A DNA stretch of 64,000 nucleotides from Patescibacteria group bacterium (lineage in GTDB: Bacteria; Patescibacteriota; Patescibacteriia; UBA2591; CALHIP01): NCBI GenBank assembly GCA_026417895.1, contig JAOACJ010000014.1:63-64062 (forward strand), written 5' to 3'. The position numbers and the translations under genes are program-made. Positions 1 to 8,286 of this stretch are shown here, in pieces. Below the pieces are notes generated by a model, which saw only the letters and a list, made by a program, of their open reading frames with translations, had not been told where the DNA came from and searched no databases. Each line of letters starts with the position of its first letter. Position 1 is the stretch's first letter.

Positions 1-1
1 T

Positions 2-286
2 AGAGAAAAGAAATTTTATATTGCAGATGTTTTTCCAAAAGAAGCAGAAGAAGGGTTAAAAAAAATCATAAATGGTTTAATACAGACAAAAATAATTCCC
101 AAATTTAACTCGGTTGGTGCTACAGATAAAAACAGCAGAATTTTAATTTTAGATTACGAAGAAGGTCAAGGAACGGATCTTAAATTTGGTAGAGAAGCTA
201 CCTTAAAGGAAATTTTAGGTGAAGAATTCTTTAATAAATTAGAAAATAACTATCGAATTACTATTTGGCCCAGGAGATATTTTTAA
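2..286 (+). CDS. 3' end of a CDS whose 5' end lies off-window (hypothetical protein)
   Basis: Open frame from base 2 to the TAA stop at 284-286. No recognisable motif. Confidence 0.3.
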   Translation, partial: REKKFYIADVFPKEAEEGLKKIINGLIQTKIIPKFNSVGATDKNSRILILDYEEGQGTDLKFGREATLKEILGEEFFNKLENNYRITIWPRRYF

Positions 287-451
287 GTAAATATTAGTAT
301 TTAGTATAAAATATATATTTTTATTAGTTATTCTCGAAAAATTTTTGAGTAAAAATTTTGAAATCTAATTCAAAAATCGGGACGAAGCACGGAGAGTGAC
401 CGATTTTCCAAACCACCAAAAGAAAAGTCGAGGAATTAATAAATAAAAATT

Positions 452-928
452 ATGTTATTTGATCCAGAAAACATTTTAAAAGGAAGAATGGCTGAAAGTT
501 TGGTTGAGGAGTTGCTAAAGCAATGTGGTAATAAAGTTTATCGTTTTGGCTATGAAGCGGTTTTACAGAACTTAACACAATTAGAAGATCAATTTGATAG
601 AAAAAGCGAAGTTGGACAAAGAATTAGATCAATTCCTGATTTTATTGTTATAAGACAAAAAAAGATTTTTCTGGTTGAAGTAAAATTCCGTGGCAGTCCT
701 ACAATTTATAATGAGGATTTAAAGATGTTGAATCTTATTGAGAAGTTTTGGCGGGCAAAAATAATTTGGGTAACTGTCACTAAACCATATTTTCGAATTT
801 CAGTCGCACCGTATTTTAACAAAAAAGGTGAACTCAACGCGATGCCCTTAGAGGCAGATTCTGATTTAGGAATCATGCCAGAGATTTTAAAACAATTTAA
901 CGAATTAGTAGAAAAATATTATTGTTAA
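452..928 (+). CDS. YraN/UPF0102-like PD-(D/E)xK nuclease-fold protein
   Basis: The motif 'IPDFIVIRQKKIFLVEVKFRG' gives D...E-V-K spacing typical of the PD-(D/E)xK restriction-endonuclease fold. The N-terminal 'GRMAESLVEELLKQCG' resembles YraN/Hjc-like proteins. Confidence 0.5.
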   Translation: MLFDPENILKGRMAESLVEELLKQCGNKVYRFGYEAVLQNLTQLEDQFDRKSEVGQRIRSIPDFIVIRQKKIFLVEVKFRGSPTIYNEDLKMLNLIEKFWRAKIIWVTVTKPYFRISVAPYFNKKGELNAMPLEADSDLGIMPEILKQFNELVEKYYC

Positions 929-1093
929 CTCAAGGGTGGCGGAGAAATTATTTGTTCATGAGTAGAAATAATTTAAATTTCAAATGGGTAAGATACGCTA
1001 ACATTCTTGAGAATGTGAGAATGTTGTCTTTGGCGAAAATTGAAAATTGGAGAAAATTAAATTAAAATTAACTAACCGTTAATTTTTGATTTT

Positions 1094-1549
1094 ATGGAAA
1101 ATTTTGAAATTTGCATTAGAGCAATTATTCAAAACAAAGGAAAAATTTTAATTTGCCAATACAAAGAAAAAGGATATTATTTTTTTCCGGGCGGGCATTT
1201 GGAATTTGGAGAAAAAATTGAAAAAGCACTTTCAAGAGAAATTAAAGAAGAACTCAATTTAAAGATTAAAAAATTTTCCCTCATTGGGTTAGTGGATAAT
1301 ATATATAAAGAAGATAAACAAAAACATCATGAAATTAATTTAGTATTTGATGTTAAGGTTGATAAAATCAACCTAAAGAGTAGGGAAGATCATATTATTT
1401 TTTATTTCTTTGATAAAATTAAATTTAAAAGAGAAAAAATTTTCCCCATTGCTTTACAAAAGGCAATTTTAAAGTGGATTAAAGATAAAAAATTTTTCTG
1501 GGCAAGTCAATATTACAAAAAGTCCTTTTTGATGAAAAATAAAACTTGA
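1094..1549 (+). CDS. NUDIX hydrolase
   Basis: Nudix box 'GGHLEFGEKIEKALSREIKEELNL' (Gx5Ex7REUxEExGU). Confidence 0.75.
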   Translation: MENFEICIRAIIQNKGKILICQYKEKGYYFFPGGHLEFGEKIEKALSREIKEELNLKIKKFSLIGLVDNIYKEDKQKHHEINLVFDVKVDKINLKSREDHIIFYFFDKIKFKREKIFPIALQKAILKWIKDKKFFWASQYYKKSFLMKNKT

Positions 1550-1629
1550 GGAAATGATTAAAAAACAATAAAATTAAAAGAATTTAATTTATCAAAAAGT
1601 CAAAAAAGTTTAAATAAAAATTAAAAAAT

Positions 1630-2361
1630 ATGGAACAAGTAAAAAATAATCAGTTTTTAGTTAAACCTGCTTTAATTTTGGGGATTTGTTTTTTGCTTGG
1701 TTTTTTTGCTTTATCTTTGGCCCTCTACCAAACCAGACAAGAAAAAGATATGCTTTCTGTTACAGGCTCAGCAAAACAGAAAGTGATTTCAGATGTGGTT
1801 AAATGGAAGAGTGAGTTTACTAATCAAGTTTTAATTTCAGAACTTGCTCAGGGATACAATAAAATGAAAAACGATGAAAAAATGGTGGTGGATTTTTTGA
1901 AAGAAAACGGGGTTAAGGAAGGGGAAATGACAATTTTACCGGTTTTTGCTACCGAAGTTTGGAGACCTGAGGGAGGAGGGCCTCGGCAATATCTTTTGCG
2001 TCAAACAGTAGAAATAAATTCAAATGATGTACAAAAAATTACCGAACTTTCAAAAAATGTACAAAAAATTGTTGACAAAGGAGTAGTGTTTTCCACAATT
2101 TCTCTAGAATATTATTATTCAAAACTCCCAGATTTGAGAATTAGTTTACTTTCTTTGGCAGTAGAGGATGCAAAAAAGAGAGCAGAACAGATTGGAAGGG
2201 CTAGCGGGAAGAAGGTTGGTTCAATTAAGTCAGCCACCATGGGTGTAGTGCAGGTTTTAGCACCAAATTCAGTAGAAATTTCAGATTATGGAACTTATGA
2301 TACAGGAAGTATTGAAAAAGAAGTAATGGTAACAGTAAAAGCAACTTTTCAACTAGAGTAA
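1630..2361 (+). CDS. SIMPL (DUF541) domain periplasmic protein
   Basis: N-terminal TM helix, about 240 aa. Size and C-terminal beta-rich region are consistent with the BP26/SIMPL family. Confidence 0.5.
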   Translation: MEQVKNNQFLVKPALILGICFLLGFFALSLALYQTRQEKDMLSVTGSAKQKVISDVVKWKSEFTNQVLISELAQGYNKMKNDEKMVVDFLKENGVKEGEMTILPVFATEVWRPEGGGPRQYLLRQTVEINSNDVQKITELSKNVQKIVDKGVVFSTISLEYYYSKLPDLRISLLSLAVEDAKKRAEQIGRASGKKVGSIKSATMGVVQVLAPNSVEISDYGTYDTGSIEKEVMVTVKATFQLE

Positions 2362-2375
2362 GATTTACTTTTATA

Positions 2376-3113
2376 ATGTTTAAATATTTTGTTTTAGGAA
2401 TTTTGCAGGGGATTTTTGAGTGGCTTCCTATTTCAAGCGAGGGGATTGTTTCATTATTCGGTAGTTTTTTAATTAAAGGATTCAATCCCGTTGATATAGC
2501 TCTTTTTTTACATCTTGGCACATTGTTGGCTTGCATTTTTTATTTTTGGAAAGATTTAAAAGAAATTATTTTTTTAAAAAACAAAACAATGTTTCAATTT
2601 TTAGCAATTTCTACTATTGTTTCATTAGCGATTGGCTTTCCTTTATATAAAATAGTGAGAGAGATGGCCTTAGGAAATTTTTTGTTAATATTGGTTGGTT
2701 TTGGTTTACTTTTTACGGCCTATTTTCATCAAAAAAAAGTTTTTTTTGAACTTGATTTTAAAAGGTTAGCTCTCTTGTCTGGTATTTTACAAGGATTAGC
2801 GGTAATTCCTGGACTTTCAAGGTCTGGGGCAACTATTTTTGCTCTTTCCTTTTCTAAATTAAAACCCGATGAAATTTTAAAAATTTCTTATTTGATGTCT
2901 ATTCCAGTAGTGCTCCTTTCCAGCCTTTACTTATTTTTAGAAAACAAAAGTATCATTGTAGAATCTTGGCCAGCCTTAATTTCTAGTTTTATAATAGGCC
3001 TTTTAACTTTAAAAATTTTAATTTCTTTTTCCAAAAAAATAAATTTTTCTAAATTTGCTCTTCTTTTTGCTATTCTTTGTTTTTTGGGTGCGATCATAAA
3101 TTTCATCCTTTAA
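2376..3113 (+). CDS. uppP: undecaprenyl-diphosphatase
   Basis: N-terminus 'ILQGIFEWLPISSEGIVSLFG', 'GLSRSGATI' motif and a multi-TM topology typical of BacA/UppP. Confidence 0.8.
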   Translation: MFKYFVLGILQGIFEWLPISSEGIVSLFGSFLIKGFNPVDIALFLHLGTLLACIFYFWKDLKEIIFLKNKTMFQFLAISTIVSLAIGFPLYKIVREMALGNFLLILVGFGLLFTAYFHQKKVFFELDFKRLALLSGILQGLAVIPGLSRSGATIFALSFSKLKPDEILKISYLMSIPVVLLSSLYLFLENKSIIVESWPALISSFIIGLLTLKILISFSKKINFSKFALLFAILCFLGAIINFIL

Positions 3114-3157
3114 TTTTTTAAAAGAAAGAGTGTAAAAAAAATTAAAAGAAAATTTTT

Positions 3158-3487
3158 ATGCGGATTTGGGATGTGCCAATAGATTGTTTGTGTCGTAATC
3201 ATCTTTTAGGCGAACATAGAGAATTACATGCCATTTGGAATATTTTGATAAAAAAGAAAAAGGGGTTTTCCAAACATCCAGAAACATTAAGGTGGCGAGG
3301 AAAATTAAAGGCTCTTTACCTTAAACACGAAGCAATAGTTAGAGAGATGAAAAAACGAGGTTATCAACATCGATCATCTTTAAATAAAAAATTAGCCAAA
3401 GGTAAAGCTCAGCAATATGAATTTTGGCAGTCCAAGGAAGCACAAAAGATAATTTTAAAAAGAAAGTGTCGGCAGTGCGGAGTCTAA
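3158..3487 (+). CDS. pyrimidine-dimer DNA glycosylase-like (T4 endonuclease V family), short form
   Basis: The N-terminus 'MRIWDVPIDCLCRNHLLGEHRELHAIW' parallels T4 DenV '[28 protein letters not shown]'. The catalytic Glu of the 'REL' motif is conserved. Confidence 0.5.
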   Translation: MRIWDVPIDCLCRNHLLGEHRELHAIWNILIKKKKGFSKHPETLRWRGKLKALYLKHEAIVREMKKRGYQHRSSLNKKLAKGKAQQYEFWQSKEAQKIILKRKCRQCGV

Positions 3488-3505
3488 AAAGTTATCCACA
3501 GGGCT

Positions 3506-3534
3506 AATTTGACAAATAGTTTATTGCGATTAAA
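3506..3534 (+). promoter_or_regulatory. sigma70-like promoter (TTGACA-16-TAAAAT) upstream of the fur-like gene
   Basis: Near-consensus -35 and -10 hexamers with 16-17 nt spacing, read directly from the sequence. Confidence 0.3.
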
Positions 3535-3546
3535 ATCTAAATAGGA

Positions 3547-3924
3547 ATGATTACTAATAAAAAAGAAAAGTTAACCTCGCAAAAAAAATTGATTTTAGAT
3601 TACTTGAGATCAGTTAAGACTCACCCTTCGGCTAAAGAGATTTTTAAGACGATAAGAAAAAAATTGCCTCGCATTAGTTTAAGTACCGTCTATCGAATTT
3701 TAAATAATTTGAAAGAAAAAAATCAAATTTTTGAAATTCCGATTGAGACAAGCCGTTTTGATGGCGACCTTTCTCCTCATGCACATTTTATTTGCCAAAA
3801 GTGTCGGAAAATCTTTGATATTTTTGAAAAATTACCATCTTTAAGAATAAAGAAAATAAAAATTGGTTTCGTAAAAAATTATCAAATTTATTTTTATGGC
3901 CTCTGTCAAAAATGTCAAAAATAA
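3547..3924 (+). CDS. Fur-family transcriptional regulator (PerR-like)
   Basis: Winged-helix N-terminus and two CxxC pairs ('HFICQKC', 'GLCQKCQK'). Sits beside peroxide-stress genes. Confidence 0.75.
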   Translation: MITNKKEKLTSQKKLILDYLRSVKTHPSAKEIFKTIRKKLPRISLSTVYRILNNLKEKNQIFEIPIETSRFDGDLSPHAHFICQKCRKIFDIFEKLPSLRIKKIKIGFVKNYQIYFYGLCQKCQK

Positions 3925-4201
3925 AAATTATTGTTGGGACTGTAAAAAAGAAATTAAGTTTAAGGAAAAAGAGATAAAAAATGGGCGAATGCTGACTTAT
4001 GAAACTGGCAGAGAAAAAGTAACTATTTTTAAATGTAATGATTGTTTTTCAAAAAGCAAGGAATTAAAAAATTTTCAAACCTGCGAAGTTTATTCAAGAG
4101 TCGTTGGTTATTTAAGACCAGTCCAACAATGGAATATTGGTAAGCAAAAAGAATTCGAAGAAAGAAAAGAATTCAATCAAAGGTCGAAAATTAAAAATTA
4201 A
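3896..4201 (+). CDS. stand-alone NrdD C-terminal-like protein (zinc ribbon plus glycyl-radical motif)
   Basis: 'CWDC...CNDC' zinc ribbon followed by 'SRVVGYLRPVQQWNIGKQKEFEERKEF'. This matches the E. coli NrdD C-terminus 'CYEC..CPKCGN..TRRVCGYLGSPDARPFNAGKQEEVKRR', including the radical glycine motif. No catalytic barrel is attached. Confidence 0.55.
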   Translation: MASVKNVKNKNYCWDCKKEIKFKEKEIKNGRMLTYETGREKVTIFKCNDCFSKSKELKNFQTCEVYSRVVGYLRPVQQWNIGKQKEFEERKEFNQRSKIKN

Positions 4202-4221
4202 AAATTAAAAATTAAAAATTT

Positions 4222-4791
4222 ATGCCTATGAAAGATCCATTAACTGTTTCTGATCCTAAACCAGTTAAGAAAGGATCAAAAACTTATGAAAATTTATGGA
4301 AAGCATTTGCTGGCGAGGCGCAGGCAAGAAATAAATATACTTACTTTGCTAAAATTGCTCGAGAACAGGGGATGCACCATATAGCAGGAATTTTTGAAGA
4401 AACCGCCAATCATGAATTAGAGCATGCGAAAATGATCTGGAAATTGTTAGGTGAATGGTCGGAGACAAAGGAAAATTTGAAAAAGGCGATTGAAGGAGAG
4501 AATTACGAGCACACGACAATGTATCCGGAATTTAAAAAAGTAGCCAAAGATGAGGGTTTTGAAGATGCAGTCAAATTTTTCACTGAAGTGGCTGAGGTTG
4601 AGGAACAACATGAAAAAAGATATAAAAGATTGTTGGAAGAATTAGAAAAAGGAATGGTTTTCAAAAAAGAAGAAAAGGTGATGTGGGTTTGTCGAAATTG
4701 TGGCTACCTTCACTGGGGAACCGAGGCGCCAAAAGAATGTCCGAACTGTCGACATCCGCAAAGTTACTTTGAGGTTAGGTGTCAGTATTAA
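4222..4791 (+). CDS. rbr: rubrerythrin with C-terminal rubredoxin-like domain
   Basis: Di-iron ExxH motifs ('EAQARNKY', 'ELEHAKM', 'EVEEQHE') and C-terminal 'CRNCGY...CPNC'. Confidence 0.85.
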   Translation: MPMKDPLTVSDPKPVKKGSKTYENLWKAFAGEAQARNKYTYFAKIAREQGMHHIAGIFEETANHELEHAKMIWKLLGEWSETKENLKKAIEGENYEHTTMYPEFKKVAKDEGFEDAVKFFTEVAEVEEQHEKRYKRLLEELEKGMVFKKEEKVMWVCRNCGYLHWGTEAPKECPNCRHPQSYFEVRCQY

Positions 4792-4801
4792 AGTAAAAAA
4801 T

Positions 4802-5194
4802 ATGGTCCAATTAAAACAGATTTATCGTTGTTCAATTTGCGGCAATGTTGTTGAAGTATTGCATGCTAGTGTTGGCCAATTAGTTTGCTGCGGAAAGCCA
4901 ATGGAACTATTGATAGAGAAAACGAAAGATATAGGAGCAGAGAAGCACGTGCCGATTATTGAAAAGAAAGAGGGTGGAATAAAGGTCAGAGTTGGTTCTA
5001 TTCCTCATCCGATGGAAGAGAAGCACTATCTTGAATGGATAGAATTAGTGGTTGACGGAAAGAGTTTTCGTCAGTTTCTCCATCCCGATCAAAAGGCCGA
5101 AGCTGAATTTTTAGTAAAAGTTGAAGAAGGAAGTAAAATTTTTGCTAGAGAATATTGTAATCTTCACGGTCTTTGGAAGGGGTTTGAGAGTTAG
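4802..5194 (+). CDS. dfx: desulfoferrodoxin / superoxide reductase
   Basis: N-terminal desulforedoxin '[11 protein letters not shown]...CCG' and centre II 'EKHVP...[14 protein letters not shown]'. The ORF-track upstream extension (from 4700) overlaps rbr and is rejected. Confidence 0.8.
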   Translation: MVQLKQIYRCSICGNVVEVLHASVGQLVCCGKPMELLIEKTKDIGAEKHVPIIEKKEGGIKVRVGSIPHPMEEKHYLEWIELVVDGKSFRQFLHPDQKAEAEFLVKVEEGSKIFAREYCNLHGLWKGFES

Positions 5195-5293
5195 TCTTGT
5201 CTTCAAATTAGCCCAGATAATTTATTTTAGGGTGAAAGTTTGATTACTACACTAATTTTTCCTATTTTTTAAAGATGATTTATTTAATATAAA

Positions 5294-5506
5294 ATGAAAG
5301 ATAATATGGGAAAGATTAGTAAAAAAAGAAGAAAATTTTTAATCAAACTTAAGCAAGCAAGAAAAAAGAAAATCAGAAAATTACAGGAGAAATATATACT
5401 TGCTAAAAATGAAACCGAAAGAGAAAAAATAATTGAAAAAGCATTGAAGATAAACCCTTTTTTGACGAGAGAAGAATTTCTTGCTCAAATCGGGCAGAAA
5501 AATTAA
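5294..5506 (+). CDS. hypothetical small lysine-rich protein
   Basis: ORF only. Followed by a terminator. Confidence 0.3.
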   Translation: MKDNMGKISKKRRKFLIKLKQARKKKIRKLQEKYILAKNETEREKIIEKALKINPFLTREEFLAQIGQKN

Positions 5507-5536
5507 GTCGATCTTTCATCAAAGGTTTTATCATAG

Positions 5537-5559
5537 AAGGCTCCGGCCTTTTTGTTTTT
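5537..5559 (+). terminator. rho-independent terminator
   Basis: Hairpin 'aaggc-tccg-gcctt' followed by 'tttgttttt'. Confidence 0.5.
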
Positions 5560-5622
5560 CATATCCAAAAGTTTAATTAAAAATAATATTTTTGATTGAC
5601 GGATTAAACAAAAAATGATAGA

Positions 5623-6780
5623 ATGATTAAAATGGCAAGTAATAATTTAAAAATTTCTGTTGTTTTGCCTTGTTTGAATGAAGAAAAAACCATCGGTGTT
5701 TGTTTGGAAAAAATAAAAAAGGCATTTGAAAAATATCATTTGGATGGCGAGATTATTGTTGTTGACAACGGTTCGACCGATCGGTCAGGAGAGATTGCTA
5801 AAAATTTAGGAGCAATTGTTGTTTTTGAGCCGAAAAGGGGATATGGTAATGCCTATCATCGAGGCATCGCCATGGCCAAAGGTGATTTTATTATTATTGG
5901 TGATGCTGATAATACTTATGATTTCGGCGAAATTGATAAATTTATTGGACCACTGAAAGAAGGTTATGATTTGGTCATAGGTAATCGTTTTTCCGGGTTA
6001 ATGAAAAAAAGAGCGATGGGGTTTTGGTCAAGAATTGGTAACCCAATTTTATCTAGCCTTTTGCGTCTATTTTTTCGAACAAAAATTCATGATGCTCACT
6101 GTGGAATGAGGGCTTTTACTAGAACAGCCTATGATAAATTGAATTTACAAACTACTGGGATGGAGTATGCTTCAGAAATGATTGTCAAAGCCATTTGGCA
6201 AAATTTAAAAATAAAAGAAGTACCGATTACTTATTATCCGCGAGTAGGCGAGTCAAAACTTTCTCCTTGGCGCGATGGTTGGCGTCATTTAAAATTTATG
6301 TTAATTTATGCTCCTAATTGGCTTTTTCTTGGGCCCGGGATATTTTTATTTTCCATTGGCCTGTTTCTTTTAATAGCGATGACTTTTGGTGAATTAAGGA
6401 TTGGCAAAGTAATTTTGCACCTTCATCCGATGTTCTTAGGCGCGCTTTTGGTTTTGCTAGGCTATCAAGTTTTTTCTTTTGGTCTTTTAACTAAACTTTA
6501 CGCTTATTCACAAAAATTAATGCCGCGCAGTAAATTAGTTGATTTTTATCTAAAATATTTTTCTTTGGAAAAATTAATTTTTATTGGTCTGTTATTTTTT
6601 TTTGTCGGCCTAGGTTTAGGCATCTCTGTTTATCTTATTTGGGCGCGCGGTGGTTTTGGGGCTTTGTTTGAAGTGAGAAAATCACTAACCTCGATTACTT
6701 TAATGATTCTGGGAATGCAAATTATTTTTACTGGTTTCTTTTATCATATTTTAAGAATCGGTCTGAAGGGACACGAATAA
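5623..6780 (+). CDS. family 2 glycosyltransferase with C-terminal membrane domain (DPM/GtrB-like)
   Basis: 'ISVVLPCLNEEKTIG', 'VVDNGSTDRS', 'GDAD' DxD-like motif, C-terminal TM helices. Confidence 0.75.
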   Translation: MIKMASNNLKISVVLPCLNEEKTIGVCLEKIKKAFEKYHLDGEIIVVDNGSTDRSGEIAKNLGAIVVFEPKRGYGNAYHRGIAMAKGDFIIIGDADNTYDFGEIDKFIGPLKEGYDLVIGNRFSGLMKKRAMGFWSRIGNPILSSLLRLFFRTKIHDAHCGMRAFTRTAYDKLNLQTTGMEYASEMIVKAIWQNLKIKEVPITYYPRVGESKLSPWRDGWRHLKFMLIYAPNWLFLGPGIFLFSIGLFLLIAMTFGELRIGKVILHLHPMFLGALLVLLGYQVFSFGLLTKLYAYSQKLMPRSKLVDFYLKYFSLEKLIFIGLLFFFVGLGLGISVYLIWARGGFGALFEVRKSLTSITLMILGMQIIFTGFFYHILRIGLKGHE

Positions 6781-6790
6781 ATTCAAAAAA

Positions 6791-7318
6791 ATGATTCCAT
6801 TATCTTTTATTTTTCTTTTCTTAAAGTTATTATTGGTTGTTTTTGTTATTATTTTACTTCTAACCTTTTCGCTGCCATTTTTTGGTGGCGTACCTTATGT
6901 ACCAACCCCAGAAAAAAGAGTCAAAAAAATGTTAGAATTGGCTCAATTGAAACAAGGTGAAAAGTTAGTTGATTTAGGTTCGGGCGATGGCCGGATCTTA
7001 ATTGAGGCGGCGAGAATAGGAGCGGAGGCTGTTGGTTATGAAATTGATCCTTTATTAGTTTTGACAAGTAAGAAACTGATAAAAAAGGAAGGATTAGAAA
7101 ATAAAATAAAAATTTATCGAAAAAGTTTTTGGCAGGCCGATTTAAAAGATGCTGACGTGGTGACCTTTTATGGTATCACGGGTATTATGGGGCGGATGGA
7201 AAAAAAATTATTAAGAGAATTAAAGCCAGGCGCTCGTGTTTGTTCTTATGTTTTTGCTTTTCCGCGATGGGAGCCGGTTCGTTACGAATCAGGAATTTTT
7301 TTATATCAAAAATCTTAA
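6791..7318 (+). CDS. class I SAM-dependent methyltransferase
   Basis: Motif I 'LVDLGSGDGRILIEAA', N-terminal TM segment. Confidence 0.6.
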   Translation: MIPLSFIFLFLKLLLVVFVIILLLTFSLPFFGGVPYVPTPEKRVKKMLELAQLKQGEKLVDLGSGDGRILIEAARIGAEAVGYEIDPLLVLTSKKLIKKEGLENKIKIYRKSFWQADLKDADVVTFYGITGIMGRMEKKLLRELKPGARVCSYVFAFPRWEPVRYESGIFLYQKS

Positions 7319-7458
7319 ATTTTAAAAAAGTTATCCACAAATTAATTTTTTTTGACTTATTTTTTATTTTTTTTATAATTACAAAATGATTAAACAATTT
7401 AGCCAAAATTTAGCCAAAGAGAAAAAACTTTCTTGATTTACCAAAAAAATTTTCTGAC

Positions 7459-8286
7459 TTTAAAAAATTAAAAATAGTTATCATCAGTTTTCCTTTTGAA
7501 AAAAACGTCAAGTTATCTTAAAGGTTCAAAACTTGGACCGGAAAAAATTATTGAAACTTCTTCACAAGTTGAATTATGGGATGAAGAATTGTAGTTTGCG
7601 CCTTATCAAATTGGTATTTCTACTCTCAAAATTCAACCATCTAAAGGCCATTTTCAGGCATTAAAGCAATTAGAAAATATTGTTACTAAAATTATTGATG
7701 ATTCTAAGTTGCCCATTGTTTTAGGCGGTGAACATTCAATAACTTTAGGTTCGTTAAAGGCATTGATTAAAAAAACAAAAAAATTAACCATCTGTCAATT
7801 TGATACTCACGCTGACTTAAGAGAAAGTTGGTTGGGCTCAAAATTATCTCATGCGGCAGTCATGCACCGTTGTTTAGAAGTTGATAAAGAAATTAATTTA
7901 GTCCAGATTGGCATCAGAAATATTTCTGAAGAAGAATTGCCGTTTCTTGAAAAGAATAAAAGAAGAATCAAAACTTTTTGGGCTAAAGATAAAAAAATTG
8001 GTCAACTAAAGAAATTATAAAATTTTGTCAAGAAAATATTTTTTTAACTTTTGATTTTGATGTTTTAGATCTTTCCATTATGCCAGCAGTTGGTACACCA
8101 GAATCAAATGGATTAGAATGGAACGAAGTTTTAAGATTATTTAAATCCTTTTCTCAAAAGAGAAAAGTAGTCGGTATTGATTTCGTTGAATTGTGTTCTA
8201 TAAACAAATTAGTGGCACCAGATTTCTTAGCCGCTAAATTGATTTATAAATTTATCTCTTATTTAGTTAAATTTCAACGCCTATGA
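7459..8286 (+). pseudogene. speB: agmatinase/arginase-family (ureohydrolase) gene disrupted by two frameshifts and an in-frame TAG
   Basis: Fragments 'VIISFPFEK', 'KTSSYLKGSKLGPEKIIETSSQVELWDEEL*' (TAG at 7592-7594), 'PIVLGGEHSITLG...FDTHADL' and 'FLTFDFDVLD...MPAVGTPESNGL' lie in three frames. Shifts occur at A-runs near 7500 and 7995. Confidence 0.6.

Noticed and set aside
2225-2536. Antisense 103-aa ORF overlapping the SIMPL and uppP genes
   Set aside because: Lies opposite two well-supported genes and has low-complexity composition, so it is spurious. The same judgement applies to the other short antisense or internal ORFs in the track (e.g. 7185-7406, 8400-8624, 10551-10790, 20072-20730, 25575-25904, 44209-44702, 46692-49911).
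4196-4220. Tandem 'aaaaatt' repeats (also 50740-50790 'ttcaaaa' and 18340-18370 'agaatct')
   Set aside because: Short AT-rich microsatellite-like spacers in intergenic DNA. There are no repeat-spacer regularities, so this is not a CRISPR array.
4700-4801. ORF-track 5' extension of the desulfoferrodoxin ORF that overlaps rubrerythrin
   Set aside because: The extension overlaps rbr in another frame. The conserved Dfx N-terminus '[15 protein letters not shown]' begins at the ATG at 4802.
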